Positions 1-13,215 of a DNA stretch of 64,000 nt are shown here, one piece after another; within the stretch, counting starts at the first letter, position 1; each line of letters opens with the position of its first letter. The position numbers and the translations under genes are program-made. The notes under the pieces were generated by a model. The model saw nothing but the letters and a program-made list of their open reading frames with translations, did no database searches and was not told the DNA's origin. This stretch comes from Squalus acanthias (lineage: Eukaryota), in assembly GCA_030390025.1 (NCBI GenBank), contig CM059432.1, positions 119,848,001 through 119,912,000 of the forward strand. The letters are read 5' to 3'.

Positions 1-115
1 GTCTCTTTCTCATTATTTTTAAATCGCGATAATTTGCGAATTCTACACTCATCCCCTGCTGCTGGGTATACCTTGGTATGTCCAATGACCTGCATGGGAG
101 CAGAACTCTGGCATT

Positions 116-2185
116 AACATAGAAACATAGAAACATAGAAGATAGGAGCAGGAGTAGGCCATTCGGCCCCTCGAGCCTGTTCCGCCATTTAATGAGATCA
201 TGGCTGATCATCCAAATTCAGTACCCTGTCCCTGCTTTCTCCCCATATCCCTTGATCCCTTTAGCCTTAAGAAATATATCTAACTCCTTCTTGAATATAT
301 TTAATGAGTTGGCCTCAACTGCCTTCTGTGGTAGAGAATTCCACAGGTTCACCAATCTCTGGGTGAAGAAATTCCTCCTCATCTCAGTCCTAAATGGCTT
401 ACCCCTTATCCTTAGACTGTGACCCCTGGTTCTGGACTCCCCGGCCATCGGTAACATCCTTCCTGCATCTAGTCTGTCTAGTCCTGTTAGAATTTTATAA
501 GTTTCAATGAGATCCCCTCTCATTCTTCTAAACTCTAGCGAATATAAGCCTAATCGACCCAATCTCTCTTCATACGTCATTCCTGCCATCCCAGGTATCA
601 GTCTGGTGAATCTTCGCTGCACTCCCTCCATGGCAAGAACATCCTTCCTCAGATAAGGCGACCAAAACTGCACACAATACTCAAGGCGTGGTCTCACCAA
701 GGCCCTGTACAACTGCAGCAAGACATCCTTGCTCCTGTACTCGAATCCTCTCGCTATGAAGGCCAACATACCATTTGCCTTCTTAACCGCCTGCTGCACC
801 TGCATGCTTACCTTCAGCAACTGGTGCACAAGGACACCCAGGTCTTGTTGCACTTCCCCTTTTCCCAATCTATTGCCGTTCAGATAATAATTTGCCTTCC
901 TGTTTTTGCCACCAAAGTGGATAACCTCGCATTTATGCACATTATACTGCATCTGCCATGCATCTGCCCAATCACCCAACTTGCCCAAATCATACTGGAG
1001 TTTCTCTGCATCCTCCTTACAGCACACACGCCTGCCCAGCTTTGTGTTGTCTGCAAACTTGGAGATTATTACATCTAGTTCCCTCGTCTAGATCATTAAT
1101 ATATATTGTGTATAGCTGGGGTCCTAGCACCGATCCCTGCGGTACCAACTAGTCACTGCCTGCCACTCGGAAAAAGACCTGTTTATTCTAACTCTTTGCT
1201 TCCTGTCTGCCAATCAGTTCTCTATTCAAATCAACACCTTATCCCCTATCCTATGTGCTTTAACTTTGCACGTTAATCTCTTATTCGGGACCTTATCGAA
1301 AGCCTTCTGAAAGTCCAAATACACCACATCCACTGGTTCTCCCTTATCTATTCTATCAGTTACATCCTCAAAAAATTCCAGTAGATTAGTCAAGCATGAT
1401 TTACCTTTTGTAAATCTATATTGACTTTGTCCGATCCTGTCACTGTTTTCCAAGTGCTCTGCTATTACATCTTTTATAATGGACTCTAGCATTTTCCCCA
1501 CTATCGATGTCAGGCTTACCGGTCTATAATTCCCCGTTTTCTCTCTACCACCTTTTTTAAATAGTGGGGTTACATTAGCTACCCTCCAATCAATGGGAAC
1601 TGTTCCAGAGTCTATAGAATTTTGGAAGATGACCAGCAATGCATCTACTATTTCTAGGGCCACTTCCTTAAGTACTCTAGGATGTAGATTATCAGGCCCT
1701 GGGGATTTATCGGCTTTCAATCCCGTCAATTTCCCTAACACCATTTCCCTACAAATACTGATTTCATTCAATTCCTCCCTCTCATTCGACCCTATGTTCC
1801 CTGACATCTCTGGGAGGTTATTTGTGTCCTCCTTTGTGAAGACAGAGCCAATGTATGTATTTAATTGATCTGCCATTTCTTTGTTCCCCATTATAAATTC
1901 TCTGATTCTGACTGCAAGGGAGCCTATGCTTGACTTCACCAATCTTTTTCTCTTCACATATCTATAGAAGCTTTTACAGTCAGTTTTTATGTTCCCTGCA
2001 AGCTTACTCTCATATTCCATTTTCCCCTTCTTAATTAATCCCTTTTTCCTCCTTTGCTGAATCCTGAACTGCTCCCAATCATCAGGTTTGCTGCTTTTTC
2101 TGGCCAATTTATATGTCCTCTCCTTGGATCTTATGCTATCCCTAATTTCCCTTGTTAGCCACGGTTGAGTCACCTTTTTTGTTTC
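116..2185 (-). mobile_element. CR1 (HER1-like) LINE, 5'-truncated, young subfamily; ORF2 RT disrupted
   Basis: ORFs 1226..2377 and 218..1027 carry CR1 RT motifs ([39 protein letters not shown]). The 3' tail is (TTCTATGT)n, read as acatagaaacatagaa at 117-140. Nearly identical to the copies at 11522 and 56257. Confidence 0.95.
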
Positions 2186-2669
2186 ATTTTTATGCCAAAA
2201 ATTAATGAGTGCAATGAATCGCTGTGTAATGGTTTTCTCCACCACCTCCCCCAACATATTGAAACCAGATAAGATGGCCTCTTGGAGACTGAATCCAAAG
2301 GTCTCTATAGCAGAATCAGAAAAAATACCAAAAACTGCCCAGACATTAACCAGCAGCCTGAAGTGACCAACCAGCAAATAACCTGTAAGAACTGCATGAT
2401 GCTTTTAAATAGCGCTGGTGAAGGATCCTACCTACCTATTAGCACCAGGATTTGCTGGGCGAGTTTAGCACGTGGAGAGTCATGCACTGGGGGGCTACTA
2501 AAATTGGAGAAGGGTCCTCCAAGAAGCACAGGAACCTAATTTGAATAAGTTATACATTATTTTAAATGGTTCTGGCGAGCACTCTGAATGCCTAAGGAGA
2601 AGCCTGATCCAATATGGCACACTTCTGAGTCAAAATGAGCATGTAGTTCCTACTGGATATGTTGGAGGC

Positions 2670-3280
2670 TCTGTGAAGCTGTCAAACACTGACATTCTGT
2701 ATAGTTTGATGATGCCAAGTGTTCAGGACTCATCAAACCTTTCTACTTTGCAGAAATCAGCTGGCTGTTGGATCAGAGGATTCAACAGCCAGTTTGTGAT
2801 ATCTACAATGGAGATGTCGGGGACTCTGGCTCCACAGCGGCTGAAGGTTGTAGGTAGAAACAAAGGTAAGTTAACATTTTCTAACACTTTACACTCACCT
2901 CACATACTCACCACTCCATGCTTGCACCCATCACTCACCACTACATCGCACTTTCAGACCCCTGCGACCCCCGCAGACCTCCTACTCACCTCCTAAACCC
3001 CGGCAGGGTTCCCCCAGGTTGGGAAGCCCACACTTCAGCACGCAAAATGGAGATAATCCTATTTTCTGCCAGTTAACTACCTGTTAACAGGCAGTTAATA
3101 GGCTTTAATCCCTTCCCACCTCCAAGGAGACGGGACCCGGGGCCGGACGTCTTCCCGCCTCCTGGCAAGAGGGCACGGAGGCGTGTTGGGGGCGGGTTTG
3201 CTAACTGCCCCCAGAATCTGCAACTTTCCCGGCAGTCCCGCCTCCATACCCGCCTCCTCAGGGCTGAGAAAATCCAGCCC
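2670..3280 (-). mobile_element. Partial Harbinger-type MITE, inverted homolog of 33060-33670
   Basis: Ends in aaaatccagccc (TIR GGGCTGGATTTT). Colinear in reverse with 33060-33670 (e.g. gggtatggaggcgggactgc, ctgtcaaacactgacat). Confidence 0.75.
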
Positions 3281-4225
3281 TTTGTGTTCTTGGACAGATT
3301 TGTGTGCACCTTTGGAAGTGGATTCATGAGTTGCAGTGAATGGTGAGACATAACGGTAACCCCCCCCCCACAATGGCGATGAGTGAAAGGAATGGCTTGG
3401 CCATTGTAGGGATGCTTTAGGCTGTTGGTGTGGGTGGTGCTAACCTGGTGGCAACCAGGGTGTACAGCATCAAGTGAAGTAAATCTGGCCATGGTGAGGC
3501 CATCCCTGGCATCCCAGGCAGCAATGTGGTTGGGTGCTGATGCCATCTGTCCTGTGCAGCATCAGGTGATTTCGGAGAAGGTTGGTGTTGTTGTTGGTGC
3601 TGCTGGTGTGCCTGGTGCTGCTGGTGTTGGGGCTGATCATGGTGGGATTCTGAGGAACAAGGTGAGATAGTTTCAAGGGCACTGATGCTGATGGAATAGA
3701 TTTCTGGTGAAGTAAAGATGACAGAAGCATTCTGTCAATTGAGGTAGATGTTGTTTCAATGAGGTGACACTAGATAGAGAGTTTACTCCAAACACTTGCA
3801 ACCAACATAAACCTCAATCTGTCTTCCAAATGCAGTAAGCAATAGCTTCTGAACTTGGAAAGTGAACAGCTGTGAGATGGGAGCTTTTATAGCACATTTG
3901 CAGCTGTCAAGTAATGAGATGATTCCATGGCCATTCAACTCCCACCCTGCTTACCTGCCATAATCCCCGAGCAGCGTTGATCCCTGTGTAGAACTCTGAA
4001 GGTGAGCTGAAAATAGTTCTTAATGCTCTGTTAACAAGGTAATAGTGACCTTAATTGCCTCCCCTGCTGCTGCGTTTTGGGTTTGTTCAGCGCTGACAGA
4101 CCCAACTTTGGAAAGGCGTGTGGCGGCGGGTTGACAGCGGGGTCCCGACCCACTGTCAAAAAAAAATTACTTTCCCACCCGACCCGCCACCGATCGCACC
4201 CACTGACCCCCCACAAGATTCCCCC
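3281..4225. mobile_element. Right half of a non-autonomous Harbinger-type element with a transposase remnant on the minus strand
   Basis: Homologous to 47520-48432. Ends aagattccccc followed by TAA. The minus strand encodes NHIAAWDARDGLTMARF, like the remnant at 42659-42840. Confidence 0.65.
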
Positions 4226-4576
4226 TAAGTGTCAAAAGTCAGAAGAAGAGGCCGGAGTAGTAATAGACATTAGGAAACAAATTGACTTGGGTAGATTTTC
4301 ATCTTCACCGGCAGAATAGTAATTTGGTGTTGTGAATTGCACACCCTTTATAGAATCCACCTGATTTTTATTCCATTGAACTCTCCCGGGGCGACGCCTA
4401 AGCAATCTTGGTAATCTATTGGAGAAATGATTGATGGACTGCTGTGATTTCCCTTTGAACAGTGGTATCCAGAGTCATGATGGTAACAGTCTGAGCTTCT
4501 ACTGCAGCACGCAAACGTTGGGTGGCTGTTGCTTGTGCTGCAATGGAAGCTGAGACATCGGCCATCAGACGCTGCA

Positions 4577-5922
4577 TCATGGTGGGTTCCACAGGTGTGC
4601 ACTGATGGAGTTGGCCACCAGTTCCATGTTGGAAAGGATAGGCTCCCAGCTCTGTGCAACGCCTTGCGTCAAGTTAGCGCCGGACTCCTCCATGCTCCTT
4701 GACATTGAGCGCAGGCTTTCTGACAGGCTTCCCAGTGCACCAAGCATTTGGTTATGTACACTCATCAGCCTTCTTCTGTAGCCTGGCCCATCAAAGTCAT
4801 CATCAGAGTCCTCTGCAGCAGAACTAGTGTGCGACCTCGACCTCCAGCACGCTGGCACCTGCGCTATCTTTCGCCACACCCCCCCACCCCCCCCGCCCTG
4901 TCTCCTGTGCATTTGTGCCCGGTCCCTCACCACATGCAGATCCCTCTTCTATCCTAGCCTCTAAATACGTGCAGTGTCAGTCTCTGGGCTGGTGGCTGCG
5001 AGTGTAAGATCGAGTGACGGTGTCTCTTCATCATCACTGTCTTCTTCCTCTTTCTCCACTGACTGGGAAGGATCCAGTTCTTGGCTACCTGAAATGAAAA
5101 AGTGACAAGGGTTGGGTAGTGGTGAGGGGAGAGGAGTAAGTAAGAAGTGCGTGCTTACACCATCTGCAGCTTCTAGGTCAGAAGAGATTGCGGGATAGGG
5201 GAGAAGTGGGATGAGAGGAGGAGCATTAGTTATGCAGATACCCTCATCATCGATCGCTTCGGCTCCACCAGTGGCCACGGCCTCAGCGATGCCCCTTCCC
5301 ATGATGGCCAGCACAGTCTCCTCTATGGGGGTTAAAACATGCAGGTGCGCTTGTCCTCCTCCAGTTCTTTGCTGCTGCCTGCTGTTATGCACCACCTTCT
5401 CCTGCAAGAAAGAGGGACATGTGTCAGTGTAATATGTTTGGGTGATGTTGCTGTCATTGTTGAATAGCTGCCAGTCTGTGCGAGCTGTGAGTTGTGGGTG
5501 TGAGGCTTGCAGTAGTGCTAGATGTATAAGGGAGAGGTAAAGCATATGAATTTTAGGGTTGAGTACTGATTGATAGAGATTGTTGGTAGGTGAGTGATGG
5601 CAGAGGGTGTAATGAATTGAGCAGTGGCTGAGGCTAGTGGTGCAGTTGGTAGGATATGGCATTTGAAGATGAATTTACTCACCTTGACAACTCGTGTGAG
5701 ATTGTTAAACTTCTTCCTGCACTGCATCCATATTCTTGGAGCAACACTCCTGTCATTGACCTCCACCGTTACTTCTTCCCACTGCCTCCTGAGCATCTGT
5801 CTGGAGGGCCTCCTGCCCCCCTGTGAATACAGAACATCTCTCCTTCTCTCCACCTCTTCCACCAAGACCACTAGTGCAGTGTTTAAAAACGCTGGTGCTC
5901 ACTCTCTCGCATGTTCAGCCAT
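4577..5922 (-). pseudogene. Spliced 3-exon Myb/SANT-like DNA-binding protein gene of a PIF/Harbinger element (disrupted)
   Basis: Exon 1 5922-5683 (240 nt; MAEHARE*AP..LVEEVERRRDVLY..WEEVTVEVN..WMQCRKKFNNL, donor GTGAGT). Exon 2 5401-5242 (160 nt; EKVVHNSRQQQRTGGG). Exon 3 from 5088 (acidic stretch then coiled-coil-like). Splice phases are consistent (0, 1). In-frame TGA at codon 8. TIR-like end attttctccccc at 6591-6602. Confidence 0.85.
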
Positions 5923-5986
5923 TGCTCAAAATATCAGAGCACATTCAGTTTTCAAATGACTCCCACCACTTCTTGCAGCCACATAA

Positions 5987-6385
5987 GGGAATATGGTAGC
6001 ATAGTGGTTGTGTTACTGGACTAGTAATCCAGAGGCCTGGACTAATGATCCAGAGACACATGTCCCACCATAGCAACTGGGGAATTAAAATTCAATTAAA
6101 TAAATCTGGAATAAAAAAAAGCTAGTATCAGTAATGGTGACCATGAAACTACCAGATTGTCCTAAAAACCCATCTGGTTCATTAATGTCCTTTAGGGAAG
6201 GAAATCTGCCGTCCTTACCCGGTCTGGCCTATATGTGACTCTAGACCCACAGCAATGTGGTTGACTCTTAACTGCCCTCTGCCACTCAGTTGTTTTCAAG
6301 AAGGTGGCTTGCCACCACCTTCTCAAGGGCAATTAGGGATAGGAAATAAATGCTGGTCTTGCCAGCGGCACCCATATCCCTTGAA
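5987..6385 (+). mobile_element. tRNA-derived SINE whose 3' tail matches the LINE at 17530-18318
   Basis: A-box-like tggtagcatagtgg head. The 3' end ttcaagaagg..caccaccttctcaagggcaattaggg..aataaatgctgg matches 18214-18280. Confidence 0.8.
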
Positions 6386-6602
6386 GAGGTGCAGGCTGCC
6401 TTCAAGTATCGCTAGCCGCTCACAATATTGGGCCCCCTGCTGATGCGTGCAGCCAATGAAAGTGCTGGCTGCATGCAATAATCATATGAAACAATAGGCA
6501 GGACCAATTTACCATACTGCCTGCAACACAATGAACGGGCATGGGTTAATCACGTACCGCAATCCCCACGCCCATTTTCGGGGGTGTGCCATTTTCTCCC
6601 CC

Positions 6603-7425
6603 ATCCAGTATAAAAGCAAGGAAGTTTTGCTAAACCTTTATAAATCACTGGTTAGGGCTCAGCTGGAGTATTGTGTCTACTTCTGGGCACCACAATTTAG
6701 GAAGGATGTCAAAGCCTTGAAGAGGGTGCAGAAGATGGGCAATAAATGCTGGCCCTGCCAGCGACGCTCACATCCCATAAAAAAATATTTTAAAAAAGAG
6801 ATTTAATGGAATGGTACCAGGGATGAGGGACTTCAGTTATGTGGAGAAACTGGAGAAGCTTAGGTTGTTCTTCTTAGAGTAGAGAAGGTTAAGGGGAGAT
6901 TTAATTATGAAGGGTTTTGATTAAACTAGTATCAGTAATAGTGACCATGAAACTACCGGATTGTCGTAAAAACCCAGCTGGTTCACTAATGTCCTTTAGG
7001 GAAGGAAATCTGCCGTCCTTACCCGGTCCGGCCTATATGTGACTCCAGATCCGCAGCAATGTTCAAAATTATGAAAGGTTTTGATTGAGCAGATCAAGAG
7101 AAACTGTTTCCACTGGCAGGAGGGTTGGTAACCAGAGGACACAGATTTAAGATAATTGGAAAAAAAAGGGGGAAGATGAGGAGTCATTTCTTTTCACAGT
7201 GAATTGTTAGGAGTTGGAATGCACTGCCTGAAAAGGGTGGTGGATGCAGATTCAATAGTAACATTCAAAAGTGAATTGAATATATAATTGAAACGGAAAC
7301 ATTTGCACAGTTATGGGGAAAGAGCAGGGGAGTGGGACTAATTGGATAGTGCTTTCAAAGAGACGGCACCGGCACGATGAGCCGAATGACCTCCTTCTGT
7401 GCTGTATGATCCAATGATTCTATGA
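6603..7425 (+). mobile_element. Older CR1 3' fragment with two small insertions (about 6734-6795 and 6925-7062)
   Basis: QYKSKEVLLNLYKSLVRAQLEYCVYFWAP motif; 3' tail atgattctatga at 7414-7425. Confidence 0.85.
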
Positions 7426-10400
7426 TCTACCTCATTATCTCTATTCTTGTAAGAAACGAGAAGCAGGATTGTTGCACTGTGTTGCTGAGACTGAAGGGAG
7501 CAGTGCTGGCAGGAATTACAGTCCTGCAAATAAACCTCAGATGCCCAATTCCCAACAAATGCATGGTAAACTATAGATTAATAATGTTATAAGTATCAGG
7601 CTATGCCATTTGGGCTTTACCTTCAATATACTGAAAATAAGCTGGCAGACGGTTGCCGAGTGATTCCTTCTAAATGCCTTGGCAGACTTTGTCATTTCCA
7701 AAACAAGTTTCTTGTTAATATAACCGCATTTGGCCATTACTATGTCCTGTTTAATTTGATGATAGCAAACACATTAAAGAAATGCCGCTAATAACCAGAG
7801 CAGCTGAAAAAACATTTGAAAGGACAAACAGAAATACAACACTGTCACACCAGTCCAGTCGCAAAGATTTGCTAGACTACTTCAAAACCAATCTGATGAC
7901 GCAAGTGGAATGTTTGAAGATTTGTCAAAAATGCAAACCAGGTGCAATTTTGTTTTTTTTAAATTGCGCAGTTGCAAGATGTTGGTAAATCCAAACCAAT
8001 GTTTTCTCCACATGCATTTTAAAAATATTATATCACATCTTGCAAAAAACAATCTCAGGCAAATTTTTAATACTGAACGCCATAGAGGAGGGGAGTACTA
8101 ACGGACGGCACTTGTGTGTTCCCATTATTCATTGAGGAGAGTCAGATAAAGCTATAACCTTGTTATATTTTACTGCTGTAAAATATTGCTGTCTGACTCC
8201 TCAAAGGGGTAAAATCAGTGTGTGAGGAAGTGCAACTGTCAGATGCAAAGATGATTGTAAAAATGAACCAGGTTTTTCATATCTTTCTTCAATTCAGCTT
8301 TCTTGTCTTGGGAATAATGGATTTTTGAATAGTAGTCTTTTTTTAACTAAGGAAGCTCTGAGGCGAAAGAAATTGTCATCCTTGTTTTTATAATAGTGAT
8401 TTTTCTAAAATGTATCTTTGCTCTTTCAAGTTGTTTTGTTTTATATTGAAATTTCATAGAGTTTAGATTAGGAATCCCGTTTTTCTTTTGCCAGTATAGT
8501 CAGTGTAATTCCAGGTAGTGCAATCTATGTATTATTTTCTGATCCCGTTGTATTAAATTGTATCACTGGATAAGGATGAGCTGCAAAGTTTATTGAATCA
8601 GGCCAATTTGGGTCAATTTGGATTTTTCAGTATTTGACCAGCTAAGATCACTTTGAACTTCAGTTATCACTTCTGCCTCTCATATAAGGTCAGTGACAGG
8701 TAATGTGACTGATACCACAGGCAAGATGGAGTATTATAGGCCTAATTGACAGGTTGCAGAGAAAATATCTCTCTCTCCTGGCCTCAATACAGCATGAAGC
8801 CGTACAGATCAGTGGAACTGATAAAAGTGGCCTCCTACATGAGATATAGAAAGAATATATAGCCCAGAACACAATCTCCCCCCCTGCCTCCACCACCCCC
8901 CCCCCCCCCCACCCCCACCTCTTCCTCTCCAATGTAAGATGGGTGAAGAACTGCTGCACAACACCCAATTAGTATTTCTGCGTTCAGCTAATTAGCATGT
9001 CCTGGTCTTCCCTTGAAGGAAATTTGTCAGTAAGCCTTTGACAATAGGAGACTTTGTGAGACTGTACGCAGAGAACAGGTTGATGCAAAGTGGCTTTTTT
9101 TGGTGTGCCTGTTTTTATTCATTGATACTACTGAGCTATCAGTTGGGTCCTGCTTTCTCCAGCTGCTGATTGTCCTGGTTCAAAAGCTCCCCTTCCTGTT
9201 CACCCTGCGCATGCTGTTTGTATGTCATCTATGAGATCATTGAGTTTTAGTTTTCATAGAAAAACAAACTGAGGTGCAGAATCTGATCCCAAAAAAATGA
9301 ATACAAATCCTGAAGTCCAGAGTAATAAATAAAATTTACTTATTCAGTGGCCTTGGTCATAGATCTTTATTCAGGACTGTTTTTCAGTCGTGCATTGCTT
9401 TTGGAGTATTCAGCTGAAACTGTTCTTCTGAGTTTTGTACGCTGGCATGTATAACATTTGAGCATATAGTTAACTATTACTTACTGCACCACAGTTGCTG
9501 GAGCATGTATTAGCCAATGGAAAACTACACTAATACAATTTTTCCAAGTCATTATTCCAGAAAATGTGAGGAGCTATTTGTGAGACATATGGGTTTGTTA
9601 CAATTACTTTTACACCTAAAATGTTCTCCCTCCCCAAATGAAGTCAGTCAAACCAATTGCCCAGAATTCTTAAGAAATCTCAATTCAACGTTTGGATTCA
9701 GAGATCCAATAATTTTGAGTTTTAAATGCAAATTTAAAATTTGGAGTGAGGTCAGCCTCTGACTCTTGATTTAGTGGGTCTAATAGTGGGAATATTAATA
9801 GGCTTGTAACTAACATGCTGTGTTGCAACTTGATATCAAACAGGGCATCTGCGTTTTTTTGTTCATTATTCCCTTGTAGGCAATTTGTGATAGAATCACT
9901 GCAATATTTTTTCTCTGAAATTTCCTGGGAAGCCAATGTAAATCTTAAGCACTCAACTTTTAATCTGATTTTTGGAATGATATGCTCCCAGGTTGATCAC
10001 AAATCTCATTGTGGATGTCACCATCTGTCTATGTAGCAAGCATGGCTAAGGGTTGGGAACACAAATATCACATCTTCATTTTTTTTTTCTGGTAAAGAGA
10101 GACATATTAAGGGAAATTTTTTGTCCTTGGTGCTGCCAGTGCAAAGCTTCACGTGTAAAAGAGTGCAGGTCAAGAATTCAGTACATTTCTGACTAACAGA
10201 CCCATGGTTTTCTGTCTGTTAAAATGAATGGACCCTGAGTTTACACAGCCATTCTGACAGATTCCCGTTGGTAGAATAGCTGGAATTATGCTGGGACCTA
10301 GATATGCCATAGGAGTTTCCAGTGGCCATGTTTGGAGCGGGGGTTGGGGTGGAGCCTCTGCCCGTCACAAACAAGGCAGCTGGCACGGAGGGAACAGGGC

Positions 10401-11364
10401 CGAGGGTGGGGGCTCCCGGTTTTCTCAGCGGAATGTAAACTTGTTCTTGCCCAGTTACAATGAATATCTGCCTTGTGTGATGTGCACGTTCAAGAGAGCA
10501 CCACAGATTTCACAACACTGTGTCTCAAACTAGGAATGGTGCAAAAGGGAAACAAATATTTTGATTGCGATCTGCGAGTAACTGGCAAGTTCTCAGCTTG
10601 TGGAATTCCATACATGGGCATGACATTCTTTTTTAGCAAAAATGAATCACTATTAACAAATCAGGTACAAAATGGTGGGAAAACAGCTTGTCAACTGCGA
10701 ATTCTGAGATTGCAATTTTGTTAACGGCAAAAAAAATTTAAAAGCCTGTCACAACACGCCTGCAATAATGATGTATTAATACTTCTCAAACAGTGAACGA
10801 GCCACTTAAAACCAGACTTAAAACGAGTATAAATGCCACCTCTCTCACTGAAGCAAGCACAAGCACAGATAGACACAGATTCAGCGAAGCAGATAACAAT
10901 GTTGATGAGAAAGCATAGGGTGAGGAAGAGCAGCAGTGGTTAATCAAGAGCCAGTTCGCAAAGGGCAGAAGTCCAGCATGCTGAGTGCCCATACTGAGTT
11001 GTATAGCAATACAGACCTTTGTGGGTCTACTTTGAAACTCAGACTGGAGGTGGGTGGAATAACTTAAGGAAAATCACATAAATACTACTTCAAAGTAGCA
11101 GTAAAGGACATAAATAGACATGAGACAGCAGCAGAAATGTATTAAGCATCCACCATAGGAAGTTGATCTGGGTAGTGTGGAGGGTAGTGCAATGTGAAGG
11201 AATCCAACATCCTGATATTTCCTGCCATCTTCCAAAGACTGATGTAATTGGAACAGCAGTTGTTTTCACTACAAACTGCCATTGAAGCAACATCACATGA
11301 CACATCACATTACGACATCAATAGCATAGAGTTCTCAATTGCACAGGTTACAGGCATTCTGACA

Positions 11365-13215
11365 AAAGAAAGAATTAACTTGCATTTCTATAGCACCTTT
11401 CACAAGGTCAGGATGCCTCAAAGCGCTTTACAGCCAATGAAGTACTTTTGAAGTGTAGTCACTGTTGTAATGTAATGTAAGAAACGCAGCAACCAATTTT
11501 CACACAGCAAGATCCCACAAAGATTCACAAAGGAGGACACACATTAACCTCCCAGAGTTGTCGGGGAACATAGGGCTAATGAGAGGGAGGAACTGAAAGA
11601 AATCAAAAAAGGTGGTAGAGAGAAAACGGGGAATTATAGACCGGTAAGCCTGACATCAGGTAGTGGGGAAAATGCTAGAGTCCATTATAAAAGATGTAAT
11701 AGCAGAGCACTTGGAAAACAGTGACAGGATCGGTCAAAGTCAACATGGATTTACAAAAGGTAAATCGTGCTTGACTAATCTACTGGGATTTTTTGAGGAT
11801 GTAACTGGTAAAATAGATAAGGGAGAACCAGTGGATGTGGTGCATTTGGACTTTCAGAAGGCTTTCGATAAGGTCCCGCATAAGAGATTAGTGTGTAAAG
11901 TTAAGGCACATGGGATTGGGTGCAGGGTACTGACTTGGATAGAGAACTGGTTGGCAGACAGGAAGCAAAGAGTTAGAATAAACGGGTCTTTTTCCGAGTG
12001 GCAGGCGGTGACTAGTGGGGTACCGCAGGGATCGGTCCTAGGACCCCAGCTATTCACAATATATATTAATGATCTAGACGAGGGAACTAGATGTAATAAT
12101 CTCCAAGTTTGCAGACGACACAAAGCTGGGTGGGCGTGTGTGCTGTGAGGAGGATGCCGAGAAACTCCAGTATGATTTGGATAGGTTGGATGATTGGGCA
12201 GATGCATGGCAAATGCAGTACAATGTGGATAAATGCGAGGTTATCCACTTTGGTGGCAAAAACAGGAAGGCAGATTATTATCTGAACGGCAATAGATTGG
12301 GAGAAGGGGAAGTGCAACGAGACCTGGGTGTCCTTGTGCACCAGTCGCTGAAGGTAAGCATGCAGGTACAGCAGGCGGTTAAGAAGGCAAATGGTATGTT
12401 GGCCTTCGTAGCGAGAGGGTTTGAGTACAGGAACAAGGATGTTTTTGCTGCAGTTGTACAGAGCCTTGGTGAGACCACACCTTGAGTATTGTGTGCAGTT
12501 TTGGTCGCCTTATCTGAGGAAGGATGTTCTTGCCATGGAGGGAGTGCAGCGAAGATTCACCAGACTGATACCTGGGATGGCAGGAATGACGTATGAGGAG
12601 AGATTGGGTCGATTGGGCTTATACCCGCTAGAGTTTAGAAGAATGAGAGGGGATCTCATTGAAACTTATAAAATTCTAACAGGACTAGACAGACTAGATG
12701 CAGGAAGGGTGTTCCCGATGGTTGGGGAGTCCAGAACCAGGGGTCACAGTCTAAGGATAAGGGGTAAGCCATTTAGGACTGAGTTGAGGAGGAATTTCTT
12801 CACCCAGAGAGTGGTGAACCTGTGGAATTCTCTACCACAGAAGGCAGTTGAGGCCAACTCATTAAATATATTCAAGAAGGAGTTAGATACATTTCTTAAG
12901 GCTAAAGGGATCAAGAGATATGGGGAGAAGGCAGGGACAGGGTACTGAATTTGGATGATCAGCCATGATCTCATTGAATGGCGGAGCAGGCTCGAAGGGC
13001 TGAATGGCCGACTCCTGCTCCTATCTTCTATGATTCTATGAAACAGCAATGTGACAATGATCAGATAACCTGTTCTAGTGATGTTGGTTGAGGGATAAAT
13101 ATTGGCTAGGACACCGAGCAGAACTCCAATGCTCTTCAACAAAATAGTGCCATGGGACCTTTTATGACCACCTCAGAGGGCAGACAGGGCCTCAGTTTAA
13201 CATCTCATCCAACAG
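11365..13215 (-). mobile_element. SacSINE1-like DeuSINE, split by the CR1 at 11522-13040
   Basis: 11365-11521 and 13041-13215 are consecutive reverse-complement parts of the SINE at 19168-19648, broken at cccacaaa|cagcaatgtg. Confidence 0.8.
11522..13040 (+). mobile_element. Young CR1 LINE, 5'-truncated, with an internal deletion of about 200 bp and frameshifts
   Basis: ORFs 11663..12148, 12138..12485 and 12421..12948 (PQGSVLGP etc.). 3' tail ttctatgattctatg. The junction gaaatca|aaaaaggtgg near 11605 lacks the segment at about 1558-1758 of the first copy. Confidence 0.95.

Noticed and set aside
192..1152. Antisense ORFs over CR1 copies (also at 11854-13142, 46189-46566, 56362-56986)
   Set aside because: Shadow frames on the opposite strand of CR1 ORF2, repeated in each copy.
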